Of a stretch of 64,000 bases of DNA, positions 13,380-28,159 are shown piece by piece. The stretch comes from the human T2T-CHM13v2.0 reference genome, Homo sapiens. Each line of letters opens with the position of its first letter. Position 1 is the stretch's first letter. Where the stretch lies: assembly GCF_009914755.1 (NCBI RefSeq), contig NC_060928.1. One strand, given 5' to 3'. Made by a program: the position numbers and the translations under genes. The notes beneath the pieces are model-generated. The model searched no databases and was not told where the DNA came from. It worked only from the letters and a program-made list of their open reading frames with translations.

Positions 13380-13719
13380 TGGTCATGTGTCACATGAAGA
13401 TCAGAACGCATTCTGCAAAATCTGGCATTAGGCTGTTTCCTCCTTGTGTGAACATCTTAGAGTCCACTTATGCAAACCCAGATGGTGTAGCCTACTCCAC
13501 ACCTATGCTATATGCTCTATTCTATTCTCCCAGGCTACAAGGCTGTACATCATGTTGCTGTACTGAATACTTAGGCAATTGTAACACAACAGTATTTGTG
13601 TATCTAAACACACAAAGGATACAGTAAATATATATATTAATAGTACTGTAATCCTATGTCCTCACCATTGTGTATTCCAACTGTAGTTGTCCAAAATGTC
13701 ATTATGTAGTGCATGACTG
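13380..13719 (+). mobile_element. Tigger3a/MER7-like non-autonomous DNA transposon
   Basis: Termini (t)ggtcatgtg...gcatgactg flanked by TA; internal gatggtgtagcctactccacacctatgctata typical of the Golem/Tigger3 family. Confidence 0.8.
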
Positions 13720-16088
13720 TATATCTGTGAAGACAGGAAGATCCTCAGACTCATTTTATTTAACATTTTGTTAGCTAGTTAAGAAAACCGTAAATATTTA
13801 GACAGAGAATCATGGGCTTCTCTGAACTCTCTCTCAAGACCCCACAATTGTTAGATATGGCCTCATGAAGCATTGAAGAGTGCATATGGAGGAAAATTAT
13901 GAAAAATTATCCTAGAACAGATGACTGAAAAGATGAATTTTGGAAAAAATCTAGGTTATTATAACATATTTTAATTTGTACTAATTTTGACACCCCCTCA
14001 GAGGAATTTTTATGTTTTTGAAACAAGAATTATTTCTGTTTTTATCTACACACAGAGTTCATTTTATAAGTGCTTGGAACCCAACAGAGCTTAATGAATT
14101 GAATAGGATGTTCTTGGGAAAGAGAGTATAGATAATACGCTTCAATAGTTAAGACATCAGGTGAGAAAGCCATTAATTTTAGTTAAAATTACCATTTTAA
14201 TTAGTCATTTTATGATAACATAGACAATGGAAGATGATTAAGAAAAATGAAGAATCAGCATTTCTTGATTCTTCAATAGACACTTGAAAAACTACAACAC
14301 AAGGAAAACCCACTGTTTGATGGTCTAAGATCCTATCCCACTATGCTGACATTTGTCAAAACACTTAAATTGTTTGGTTTAAAGAAACTCCTTTTTATCC
14401 CTGCTACTAATACAAAGAATATACTTGTGTTTGTTCATTGAAGAGTTTCTAAGTATTAGAATTTCAGCAACAGGAAATTCATTTCTCAACTTGTATTCTT
14501 CACACAAAAGGCATCAAATTGCTCATGAGTTAATAGGTTGACAGCTATTGTCATTTCCTGGTGGGAAACTTTCATAGTTAGAGGAAAAGAAGGCTGAACA
14601 CCAGATGCTGTTCATCATGTATTTTGGGATATGTTCTTGAAGGTCTGAGATTTACACTGAATTTATAAAGCAATGCCATTGAGTCAAGTAGAGAAGAATC
14701 TAGATTATAGAACAAGGCTGTGAAGTCAGATGGTTGTGCCAACAGTGTCTGCTGTGCAGAACCTTTAGCTCCCACTTCTCTCTCACATGCACTGAGTCAG
14801 AAAATGCTATTTTGTAGGCTGTAGCTACTTGTCAGGTTTATGACTCAACAAACTGAAATATTAGCCAAATGAAATATTGTTGTGCAATTCAGGGTGCTCA
14901 CTCATAGCACATACAGTGTTGAATATAATCATCTATAGCTTCAAATGTGCTGGTCATGAGTCCACTAAGAAATGCAGAAAAGAAGCAAGAGGAGAAACAG
15001 TCTGACCTTAGCTGCAAAGGGCACCAGGATGCCAGCATGCTAGAGTCATGCTGGTTTCCCCCTTCATGGAAGTGACAGGCCCATGACAAATTTACGCAAA
15101 TATGACATGGAAAATAATTTCTTGAAGAAAACTTCTTTTGCCATATGTTTCCTGGTTTTCTTCTGGTTTGGCCTGTGAATGGTATCAGTTTATTTTCGAG
15201 TCTAGTATCCAATATTCCTGGAAGCTAGGGCTGAGGAATGTTCATTTCACAGGATGGCCAAGGTCTGATATGCAAGGCTGGGATTGAGTGAGGCCCCAGG
15301 GCAGGCTGAGAACAGGAAGCGGTTTCACTGACATTCCATTCCTTTCTCTCCCTGACCACTCCCATCTCAGAGTGGCCAAGGATCACTGAAGAAATAGTAA
15401 TTGTCATCTAAACCTCATAACAGGGGTGTCTGGCACTTGAGAGTTGACCCACTTCAATTTATTCAAGCTCCCACTCAAAAAAACTCTCCTTGACTTACAG
15501 GATATGAATACCAATTCCCTAAAGCAAAGCATAGTGAGAATTTCAGTAAAAGAAAAGAAACGAAAACCCCAGAAAAAGTATTCAGTAATTGAAGAGTCAC
15601 CATCCCGAGGGTCCTATAGGAGCTCACCCTTGGTCGGTGAGAACTACTCAGTCAGCCTCACTTACCTCATTGCTCTGGCCAGCTCATACAGGCTTACAAG
15701 AGCAGGTTATTAAATGGTCAGGAATTTTGATAGCCAGTTATTCATTGTTGGAAGCATAAATTTGACCACAGTGGGAGTGTTTATGGAAATCAGCAAATGC
15801 TACAAATCTGATTTTTTTTTAAATTTGAAAGCTGTTTTACCAACACACCGCGGCTTATAGCTCTGCATAAACATAATCTGTATCAACTTTATCCTCTTTT
15901 TCCTCCCCTTACTATAGCCTCTGTCCTCTGCCCTCATTATCCTCTGCTGGGATCTCTTGAATATTTTTTCCCCTTTAGCTGGTTTTCTCTTTCACTCATT
16001 GATTTGTCCTGGGTTTCATCATCTAGGCAACTCTCACGCACAGAAAATTCTTGGGAGTTGTTCTCACTAGACTGATAGCAATACCACT

Positions 16089-16119
<31 letters not shown>

Positions 16120-16769
16120 TTGAAACAAGCAAAGGCTCTAGGAATGAAATACTAGAAGATGAAGGATTTTTTTCTTCTGGATCATAAATCTGGGCATCCC
16201 ATGCCTACATGTTCTGGGACTCATGAGGCATTCTATTGATCCCCAAATTGCTATTAATAGATACCAAGTGAAAATTTGGTATCTCTTCCCATCAGCCCTA
16301 ATCTCAGAATGCATTATCTTTTCTAAGCAACAACTGAAGCCTGTGTGCACTAGCAGTTAAATGTGTATCTGCAGGAGGTTTAAATATTCCTAAGTGAATG
16401 TGGGAAGTGGTAGTGTATTTTGGAATTCAAGGGATCTTAGAAATAATGTAGTCTAATTTGCTCATTAGTCTGGTGAGTAAACAGAGTTTCAGACAGATTA
16501 GCAGTTAGTGGTAGAATCAGTACTAGAATTCAGATCCCTGGCTTCCTCTTCTGGGCATTTTCAAATCTGCAACAATGTCTATCTTAATTAACATTATAAT
16601 TAGGACCAAGATAATCTTCATTCAACTCAACAAATATTTTTTGACTACCAGATATATTTCTATGTGCACTTATTTTATACTAGGTACTGTTCCAGGAGTT
16701 GAGACTACCAAGAAGTTCTCTACTTTTTAGAGCATTCTTTTGAGAACTAACATTATTTGTATTAGTATG

Positions 16770-17135
16770 ACTTAACTCTTTGTTCCAGGAAATTCTTACA
16801 TAGAAAATAAAACTAAGCTCATGGAGAACTTTGCCATTTGCTTGAGGAAATTCTTCTAAGTCAGTTTATTCAGGACATCAGTTTGCACATCTGAGCCAGC
16901 AGATCACTCCTCAGACAAGTTCGCTTTTTCTAGCAAGACCCTCACCTGTTTTGTCCACTAACTCTATTATGTCAACAACTGTGCCCAATTCCAGTCCATT
17001 CCCTACCTTGTCAGATCAGTTTTAAACATTTTGAGTCCAATTCTCTGAACATCCTCCTTCTGAGACACTAAAATGCTGTCAGAGCATTGTTCCTCCTGTT
17101 GAGTAATTCTAATAAATTTAACGTTTCCTGATTGA
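16770..17135 (+). mobile_element. Old ERV1-type LTR fragment (MER31/MER67-like)
   Basis: ttctgagacactaaaatgctgtcagagcattgttcctcc...aataaa resembles the 3' part of these LTRs; boundaries uncertain. Confidence 0.35.
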
Positions 17136-17328
17136 AGGGGTTTTTTGTTGTTGTTGTTGGTAGTATTTCTGATGAATTGGCAGTTGATATGTTCTATTGG
17201 AGACTAGAACATAAGAATGGGGAAGGTGATACTTATAATAATCTATCTGGGTATAGTTAGGATCTTCACATGCCACACTATGTAGTGACATAATTTGACC
17301 TGGAAATAGCTGGTCACATTGGCTATAT

Positions 17329-18342
17329 TGATAGCAACAGGAGATAGACAAATTCTTAGGCAGACAGGGATGCGTCCCTGGTAAAACCTGATCTCCAAGC
17401 CAAAGACAGCCTGAAGACTGAAAACTGAGCTGCCAGTTCGGGGTAGAGCCCATGACCAGAGTGAGAATTTCCTCGATGCCTTTTAGCCAATATAATGATG
17501 CTTTTTCCAGGCCCACCCATGGACCAATCAGCATACACTCCCCCATTCTGAACCCATAAAAACCCCAAACTCAGCCTTACAGACAGCCACCTGCTTTTGG
17601 GCCTCCTCTCACACAGAGGACCATCCACTTCAAGTCCCCTCTTGTGTTGAGAGCTTTTCTGCCACTCAGGAAAATTCTTCTCTGCTTTGCTCACTCTCCG
17701 GTGTCTGTGTACGTCATTCTTCTTGGTCACAGGACAAGAACCCGGAACATGCCAAAAGGGTGTAACACATACTCCTGCTCACTGAGTTACAGGAGTGAAA
17801 AAAACCACTGGGTGCCGCATGCCCCTATTTAGCAGGTACAAATGAGCTGTAACACAACACACCCCCATCCTCCAAGCTGCAGGCAGCAGGGAGAGCTGTA
17901 ACATGCCTCCATCCTCCGAGCTGCAGGCTCAAAGAAGTGAAGCAGTTAGGCACTATTCCCTCCTGGCCAGCTTGCTGAACTACAAAAGCTGCAACATTTC
18001 TTGGGAGCTTAGACCTCAGGATTCCCCAGGCGAGAGCTGTAACATCACCTGGGGCTCCACAGTTGCTGGCATCTCTGAGTTTTCAGGTGCCACTGCATTC
18101 CCCTCATCTAGACTCCGGCTCCCAATGCAAAAGCTGCCTGTGGCATGCCAAGTTTAGCCACAGGCAAAACACAGAGTCCCTGTTCAGATGTGGGATCCAA
18201 GCAGGTAGCACAAGCTGAGTACAGCCCATCAGGCTGAGTGGGAAGAGTGAGCCCAGCAGGCCTTGGCAAGACTACAGGCAGAGGTCACAGCAGCCACAGA
18301 GATTTCCAGCTGGTGAAGCAGCACTGAAGGAGTCCTGTAACA
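17329..18342 (+). mobile_element. ERV1 solo LTR, LTR28/LTR27/MER52 group
   Basis: TG...CA termini, ~1014 bp, two CCAAT boxes then cccataaaaacccc; 4-bp flanks atat/gtat. Confidence 0.8.
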
Positions 18343-18882
18343 GTATGTTAGTCTACAAACTTGGTAAATTCTCATTCTCTGTTTTCTGTGACATTTTGAT
18401 TTTAAAAATTTTATTCTCCAATACATCGCAAGGACTGGATATCCTGCCCTCTATTTTGAAAGTATGGTGTCCAAATTCATAGGAGAAGGCAAGGGTAGGT
18501 GACTCAGAAGGCACACACACAAAAAAGAGTCATTGGAGGAACAACCCAGGAAGCCATAGAAGAATGTTATCCCAAACTAGATGGAAAAGTTTTGTTTTTA
18601 TGTAATTTAGAAAAACATTCTTATTATTTATTTGCTTAAAGTTTGTCACCATTTTTTCAAATTTTTTTTATAGAATGCCATCCTATTTAAACTACTATCC
18701 ACAACATGAAATATAGTTACCACAAACATAAAAATAGCCAAGTGGTGGAATGGGGAGGAGGGACCCTGAACTGTTGACCAGGAGGTGGCCTCTGGTAAGC
18801 CTCACCATACCTTGATGAAAGAGCCCTCAAAACTCTCCATCTCCTTTGACTTTAATTCTGTACAATCTTCTAATTTAGATAC

Positions 18883-19319
18883 TGATATAGTTTGGATGTT
18901 TGTCCACTCCAAATCTCATGTGGAAATGTGATTCCCAATGTTGGAGGTGGGGTCTGGTGGGAGGGGAATGGATCTTGGGGACAGATTCCTTATGAATCGC
19001 TTAGCACCATTCCCCTTGGTGATAAGTGAGTTCTTGCTCAGTTAGCTCATGTGAGATCTGGTTGTAGAGTCTGGGACCTTCCCTCTTCTCTCTTTTGATC
19101 TCTCTCTCACCATGTGACAATCACTGCTCTCCCTTTTTCTTTTGCCGTGATTGTAAGTTTCCTGAGGCCCTCACCAGAAGCAGTTGCTGAAGTCATGCTT
19201 GCATAGCCTGCAGAACCATGAGCCAATTAAACCTCTTTCCTTTATAAGTTACCCAGTCATGGTTATTCCTTTATAGTGCTTTATAGTCCTTTATAGTGAC
19301 TCATAAATGGCCCAATACA
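18883..19319 (+). mobile_element. MaLR LTR, MSTA/MSTB-like
   Basis: tgatatagtttggatgtttgtcc...ccaaatctcatg...cctgcagaaccatgagccaattaaacctct...aataca; 5-bp flanks gatac/ggtac. Confidence 0.88.
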
Positions 19320-19749
19320 GGTACTTAGCCTTTTGGTTAAAAGATACCAACACATAGGTGACTAGATTGCAGATCATTGGCATTTTGAATTGTTTTTTAA
19401 GTACCCATATTACTGTGGTTTACGCCAAATTGAATCTATTATGTAGAAATATGCCTATAAAACTACTTTCAAATTTGTACAAATATCAGTTTCTCAAAGC
19501 GTATATATATATATATATGCATGCATGTGTATGTGTCTGTTTAAAATACACCTGCTGGGGATTAGCATTGAGCTGAAAGACAAGGTCCTGCCCTTGCCCT
19601 AGAAGAGTTTGCAGTGTAGATGGAGACCACCTGACACCTCACCTGATCCCTGATAGCAATTCCAGGCCAACTTTCCTAAGCACTATGGGAATTCAGACTA
19701 AGGGCCAGATCACCGTTGCCTGAGATTCCATTGTGATGTTAGAATTCAC

Positions 19750-19890
19750 ATTCTCATTCTTATTCAATAGAACTGACTCGTTCACCAGAGCACCTACTAT
19801 GTTCCAGGTGGTATCATAAGAACTTGGGAGACATCACTAAACAAAATAGAAAAATCCCTGCCCTTATGGAGCTGACATTCTAGTGGGGGC
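19750..19890 (-). mobile_element. L2 3' end fragment
   Basis: gagcacctactatgttccagg...tccctgcccttatggagctgacattctagtggggg. Confidence 0.75.
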
Positions 19891-22800
19891 TTGGTTTTTT
19901 TCCTTGGGTACTGGGTTTGTTTTTCCATGATGAGCATATCCTATGATGCACTATAGCACTCAAGCAAGATGCCTGAAGCAAAGGAGGTGAGTCACCATCA
20001 CTGGGATAAAAAAACAGGTCAGAGAAGTAGAAGTTATTTTCTCTTATAATTTTAAATTTTGCCTTAAGCTCTTCTTTTGAAATGTTCTAGGCCAAAGTAA
20101 TGATTCATGGATTCAGCACACTTTCCTTTGTTGAAAAGCACTGCTTGTTCCCCCTCAAAGCTATGTGAGAGGCTGTGTAGGAGAGAGTGGAGAGCAGGTA
20201 GCCTACCGGACCTACAGTTCACCATTTCAGCCCTGTAATTGACCAGCTGTGGGACCTCAGGTAAGCTGGCTAACCTCTCTCTTACCAATGGTAGATGACT
20301 ATGAAAGCTCCAAACTCTCTCACAAACATAGGAGATTATTAGCATACAAATTAATGTCTAGGTTTGTGGGTCTTGAGGCTTCAGTGGAGGTCATGGGCAA
20401 AGCTGCAAAGAGCATGGGAATTAAAATACATGCTCCAGGATAGGCAGTGTGCTGGCTTTTTCTATGGATTAATTCATTTGATTCTCACACCAACCTCAAA
20501 AAGAAGGATTATTAGCCCTTGATAGATGAGGTAACTGGGACTCAGAGAAGTTGTGGAGCCAGGATTCTAGATCAAAGCATTAAGTCTTTGCTTCTGTGCT
20601 CTTTCACCTTGGCCAGGCAGCTGCCCTTGCCCAGTAAATGGTACATCACAGTAAGTGTTTTATTAAAATGCCATTTCCCTGAAACAAAGAAATGATGGTA
20701 TTAGGGGGAGGGCAAGGGAGACATTTTGAGAATATTTAAGTATATATGATGACTATTTCTTCTTCAAATATCTATCTGGTATAAAACTACTATTCTGTTA
20801 CTCTAATTATTTTTTGACCATAGGAGAGACTGCGACAGAAATTCCATTAGTGGATTTGAGATTGAGTTTAGAATATTTATTTAAGTAGAGCTAAGTGTGG
20901 CAATATCTGTCATATCTATTAGTTTGGAGAAATGAAGAAGCTTTTTTAGTTATAGATCCAGACACCAATGCTAATACCAAATACTACAGCCAGTGTTCTT
21001 CTGTCGCCATAGTTGTTACAAGTATGACAGCCTCCCAAGTCATTTATTGATTCAACTCCCTTTTTGTTTTAATGTTGACACACTAGTTTGTATGAACAAT
21101 GAGCACACTAGCTCAGAAGAGGACAACAAGAATTAGCGCGGATGGTTCTTCCCCTTGAGGGGGTGCTCTGTCAGTATGAACATGCCTTCATGGGCAGAAA
21201 TTAGGAGCCCACTAGCTGTTAATGAAGAGTGCTTTGCTTTCCTTTCAGACAGCAGTTTCCAAAGTTCCTCTTCTCCTTTAATGGCATTGCCCTTTAGTGT
21301 GTGTTAACCTGTGGTTTGAAAGAAATACTCGTGTATATTAGCAATGTAAATATAAGTGATTAAATTAAATTACATTTATCAATAAAAATAGCTATTATCG
21401 ATAGCTGAATGCATAAAGTATGCAGCATCACATACGGATGAACTCACCGTTTGTCGTGCTACTACAGGTACATGCTCTACAAACACAGAAATTCTGATAT
21501 TCTATGAAACATTATTAAATTCCAATTGAACATGATCATTCCAATCAAATAAGGGGAAAAAATATAAAGTATTTGTAATCAAAGACCCTGTATTGTTGAG
21601 TATATTCCTGAAGGGGAGGGGTTTGTTTTGTCTAGGATTGATATAAAGTGAATTATCTGCTTATGATTTTTCACTCTGATTATTGGAATAATATTCTCCA
21701 CACTAGCTCCTGGATCTGTGCATTTCAACCTTGTCTCTTCCATACCTGCATCATTTTGGTATTGTGTATATTAGGACACATTCTGATTTCTGCATCAGAA
21801 CGCTGAGTGAGTGTGCACAGTAAGCAAAGGAGTATACCTGGGAGCCAGTCTCACACCAGGATGGCTAGTAAAAACAGAACCATTCATAACATAACTGTCA
21901 ACCAATAAAATACATATCACTAAAGCTAAACTAAATTCGAGTACCCTCAACTCAACTTCCCCCAGCCACATCTCAAAAACATGACTAGCTACTCCAACAT
22001 CACCCAATATAAGGAGAACTGTAAAGAAATAAAGTCAGAGTGAGAGAAAAAAAAGCAGTCCTAATCAACTTGATTAAATATATGACTTCACAGCAAATTG
22101 CATAAAACTATATGACCACATGAGCACATTCCTAGGCCCTCCCAAGGCCCTGAAAAAAGCCTGAACTAGGGAGGGGCTCTAATTAGCTTAATGATACACT
22201 TACCTATGATTGTGGTTATGTCTTGATTTATCTGATTGGCATTGTTTTTTAAATTATCTAAAAGTGTTCATCCTTATTTTTAGGTTAGCAACTGTGACCC
22301 TAGTGACTAGTAACAGTAACAAATGAAAGAAGATGCTCTTGTATGGCCAAAACGATGAAACAGACCTACATGATTTTATGAAAAGTTTTCCTTGGCTTTG
22401 GTTCAAAGAGATTTTTCTTTCCTTGACACTAAAGTGGTAGTTTGCACTAGGCATATAGATACCGTTCTATCTTTCTGGTTCTCCACTTAAATGACACTCA
22501 TGTCTGCTACATTAAAATTAGCTTGTTAGGTTTTATTTCACCAAGTTTATAAAGTAAACCACATATCGTTTTCTCTTTTGTAGATGCTGAAAGCAAAGTT
22601 CATGTGGGAAATGTTTGGCAATAGCTGATTTATCCTCAGGGTAACAATATTCTATAACTCCTTTGATCTTGAGGCCTCTGTGATGGAAATGCTTGGAGAA
22701 AGGGATTTTAAAGGGAGATTCTGAAGTCCTTGGGAAAGTCCACAAGTGGACGGGGCTTCATAGCCATGACAACAAATGACATTGTCTAGGAAACAGTGAG

Positions 22801-22899
22801 TCATGGCATGCTGAGCTTAGAATGGAGCCAACAGAAGGAACCTGGCCTCGGACACAGAATCTTTTGGCTGCTGACCCAGAATGACTGTGAAAGACTAAC

Positions 22900-23720
22900 A
22901 CTGTTTAGCAGATTTTTCTTGAGTGTTTACTATGTGTGAGGTTCCTGGGATTCAGATTCAGCTACTATTGTTAAGAGGAAATCAACCAGGAAGTCAGTTA
23001 AGAAAAGGTACAGTGGGTTTTCAGGCTGCAGGGTACAGAAATGTTCCCAGGCCTGGAGAACAAACCTTCAGATCTTAATCTGTACAGGGAGGTGGAGGGT
23101 GAAAGAATGATCTTTCAGGAAGCGTTCAAGTAGGGCTGCTGCTTGGATTGAATTTTAAAGAATGCATAGGTTATATGCAGGATCTATATATAGATCAATA
23201 GCTTCCCTGAGCACATGTTCAAAGGTTCAAACATTTGGGGTCATTTCTTTGCAAGAAGAGTCACTCAGTGGCCTGAAAGTCCATGCAGCAACTTCCCTCA
23301 TGAGAGCTGCTTCCGCAGCAGGCCCAGGGTTTCTAAAGGAGAGAGCACACAGATGTAAACACTCTGTGGTTCTGAGGACTGTCACCTCTTCTTTTCACCC
23401 ATCACTTTTGTCTTAAGAACTCTATGCTCAACCCTAATTCTCAGTCTCTATATCAATTCCCACCAAACAGATGCAAAGTCCTGTCCATTTGCTTCCATGA
23501 ACTCTGTACTTATCGATGATATAATACTCTGCTGACTACATTTTACTTGCCACTTCATATCCTCACTAGACTGAAAGACCTATAAGGGAAGAGATATCTT
23601 ATTTATATATCTTTCTTATATATCTTTCCCATATATCCTATTTACTGTTGTACTTACAACTCCTACAACCGTGCTTGGTACATAGGGTGTTGAAAAAGTA
23701 TTTATGAAATTATGAATAAC
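22900..23720. mobile_element. Two diverged L2 3'-end fragments in opposite orientations
   Basis: Fragment ~22900-23160 (tttagcagatttttcttgagtgtttactatgtg) and opposite fragment ~23400-23720 (cactagactgaaagacc...gtgcttggtacatagggtg). Confidence 0.5.
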
Positions 23721-24705
23721 ACTGATTCTATTAAATAACATTATTAAGTTAATGAACAAATAATTAAGCTTAGTAAAATATCAAAAGTTAAAGATATCAA
23801 AAACTAAACACTTATAGAATAAAAGTTTGCTTTTCTTGTCTAGTGAGCACATTAATACAGATTTTAACCCTCTTTTGTCCTCTCCTGATTCACACGAAAA
23901 AATACATAGGCCTCAGCTGTTCATTGGTGCCAGATAAAAATAAAGTACTTTTTAATTGTAATTACTGCAAAGGCTCTTCAACAGTGCACAGTATACCAGG
24001 AACTGAAACTTTTCTTATAAAACAAAATAAATATCAGTAGAAACAGAGCAAAGGCATTTCATTAAGTATTATGGACTGAATTGCATTCCCTGTAAATGTG
24101 TTAAAGTCTGAACTCTCAGTACACCTCAGAATATAACTGTATTTAGAAATAGGGCCTTTAAAGAGGTAGTTAAGATTAAATGAGATCATGTGGATTGGTC
24201 TTAATCTAAGATGACTGGTGTCATTATAAGAAGAGGAGAAGACACCAGAGATGCAACCGCACAGAGAAAAGGTCATGTGAGCAGGGATCCCCAAACCCTG
24301 AGCCAAGAACTGACAGTGGTCCATGGCTTGTTAGGAACCATGCCACACAGCAGGAGGTGAGCCAAAGGCAAGGGAGCAAAGCTTCATCTGTATTTATAGC
24401 CGCTCCCCATTGCTCACATTACCTCCTGAGCTCTGCCTCCTGTCGGATCAGTGGTGGCATTAGATTCTCATAGGAGTGCACACCCTATTGTGAACTGCGC
24501 ATGAGAGGGATCTAGATTGCATGCTCCTTATAAAGTCTAATGCCTGATGATCTGAGGTGGAGCTGAGGTGGTGATGCTAGCTCTGAGGAGTGGTTGCAAA
24601 CACAGATTAACATTAGCAGAGAGGTTTGACTGCCCAGAGACCATAATAAATCAGTTGCCTGCAGACGCATATCAAAACCCTGTCAGTGAGTGGCAGGTGA
24701 TAATT

Positions 24706-24846
24706 CAGCTGCATCTGGTGGCTGGCTTTATAGTGGCAAGTGCGTTGATGTACTTCAACTGTACAGCTGCATCTGGTTGCTGGCTTTATAGTGGCAAGTG
24801 AGTTGATGTACTTCAACTGTACAGCTGCATCTGGTGGCAGGCTTTA
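24706..24846 (+). repeat. 58-bp tandem repeat, ~2.4 copies, inside the Charlie3 5' region
   Basis: Unit cagctgcatctggtggctggctttatagtggcaagtgcgttgatgtacttcaactgta starts at 24706, 24764 and 24822. Confidence 0.9.
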
Positions 24847-24984
24847 AGTCAGAATCTGACACTTATTTTAGTCCATGTGTGTCCTGCCCATTATTTTATT
24901 TGTCACTTCCATCCGCACCTCTTTCCTGCACTGCACACTTGTCTCAATCAGTTTTGGTAAGCCCACAAGCTAACCCTAGCCAAA

Positions 24985-27149
<2,165 letters not shown>

Positions 27150-27180
27150 GGCTCTCACTGATTCTACATTATGGTGAGTT

Positions 27181-27350
27181 GTATAATTATTTAATTATAT
27201 ATAATTAATTATTTAATTATATATAATTAATTATTTAATTATACATATATAATTATATATAATTAAATATATATTTAATTATATAATATATAAAAATATA
27301 TAATTATTTAATTATATATATGGCGAGTTGTATAATTATATATTATAAAT
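27181..27350. repeat. AT-rich low-complexity expansion with local duplication
   Basis: Nearly pure A/T tract bracketed by atggtgagttgtataattat and atggcgagttgtataattat. Confidence 0.85.
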
Positions 27351-27776
27351 GTAATAATAATAGAAATAAAGTATACAATAAATGTAAATGCACTTGAATT
27401 ATCCCTAAAGCATCCCCTTATCCCAATCCACAGAAAAATAGTCTTCTATGAAATTGGTCCCTGGTGCCAAAAAGGTTGGGGGCCATTGCATGTGAGGACA
27501 CAATGAGAAGGCAACTATCTTCAAGCCAAGGAGAGAGTCCTCAGAAAAATATCAAACCTGTTGAAACCTTGATCTTGGACTTCCAGCCTCTAGAACTGTG
27601 AGAAAATAAATTCCTGTTGTGTAAGCCACCCAGTCTGTGGCATTTTGTTACAGCAGCCCTAGCAAACTAATATATTCAGCAATTCTTTTTTTTTTCTAGG
27701 ACATAAACATATTTTAATGTCCTACTTCCTGGGGAGAAATCCTTTTAATTATTTTTGTGTATTTGGAAATAGGGGT

Positions 27777-28152
27777 TGTATTCCAAATTGTAGTCTACCA
27801 TAAAGAACTACCTGAGGCTGGGTAATTTATAAGGAAAAGAGGTTTAATTGACTCACAATTCTGCAGGCTGTACAGGAAGCATGGCTGGAAAGCCACAGGA
27901 AACTTATAATCATGGTAGAAGGTGAAGGGGAAACAAGCACATCTTCACATGGTGACAGGAGAGAGAGAGAGTGAATGGGGAAGTGCCACACACTTTTACA
28001 CCACCAGATCTCATGATAATTCACTGTCATGAGAAGAGCAAGGGGGAAATCCATCCCCATGACTTAATCACCTCACACCAGGTACCTCCCCCAACACTGG
28101 GAATTACAATTCAACTTGGGATTTGGGTGGGGACACAGAGCCAACCATAACA
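27777..28152 (-). mobile_element. MaLR LTR, THE1D/MSTA-like
   Basis: ctgggtaatttataaggaaaagaggtttaattgactcac...ggggacacagagccaaccataaca. Confidence 0.85.
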
Positions 28153-28159
28153 GGGATAT

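Noticed and set aside
23181-23196. Perfect 16-bp palindrome GATCTATATATAGATC
   Set aside because: Core is a (TA)n run; short and without supporting context.
22545-23332. Protein-looking minus-strand frame after an acceptor-like site (NPGPAAEAALMREVAAW...FEHVLREAIDLYID...LLERFLKDHSF), considered as a unitary pseudogene
   Set aside because: It contains many stops, resembles no protein family I recognise, and its middle part is better explained as a diverged L2 3' end. A tBLASTx against non-primate orthologous regions would settle it.
24706-24846. Direct repeats considered as a CRISPR-like array
   Set aside because: Head-to-tail tandem units with no spacers, in human DNA, inside a transposon.
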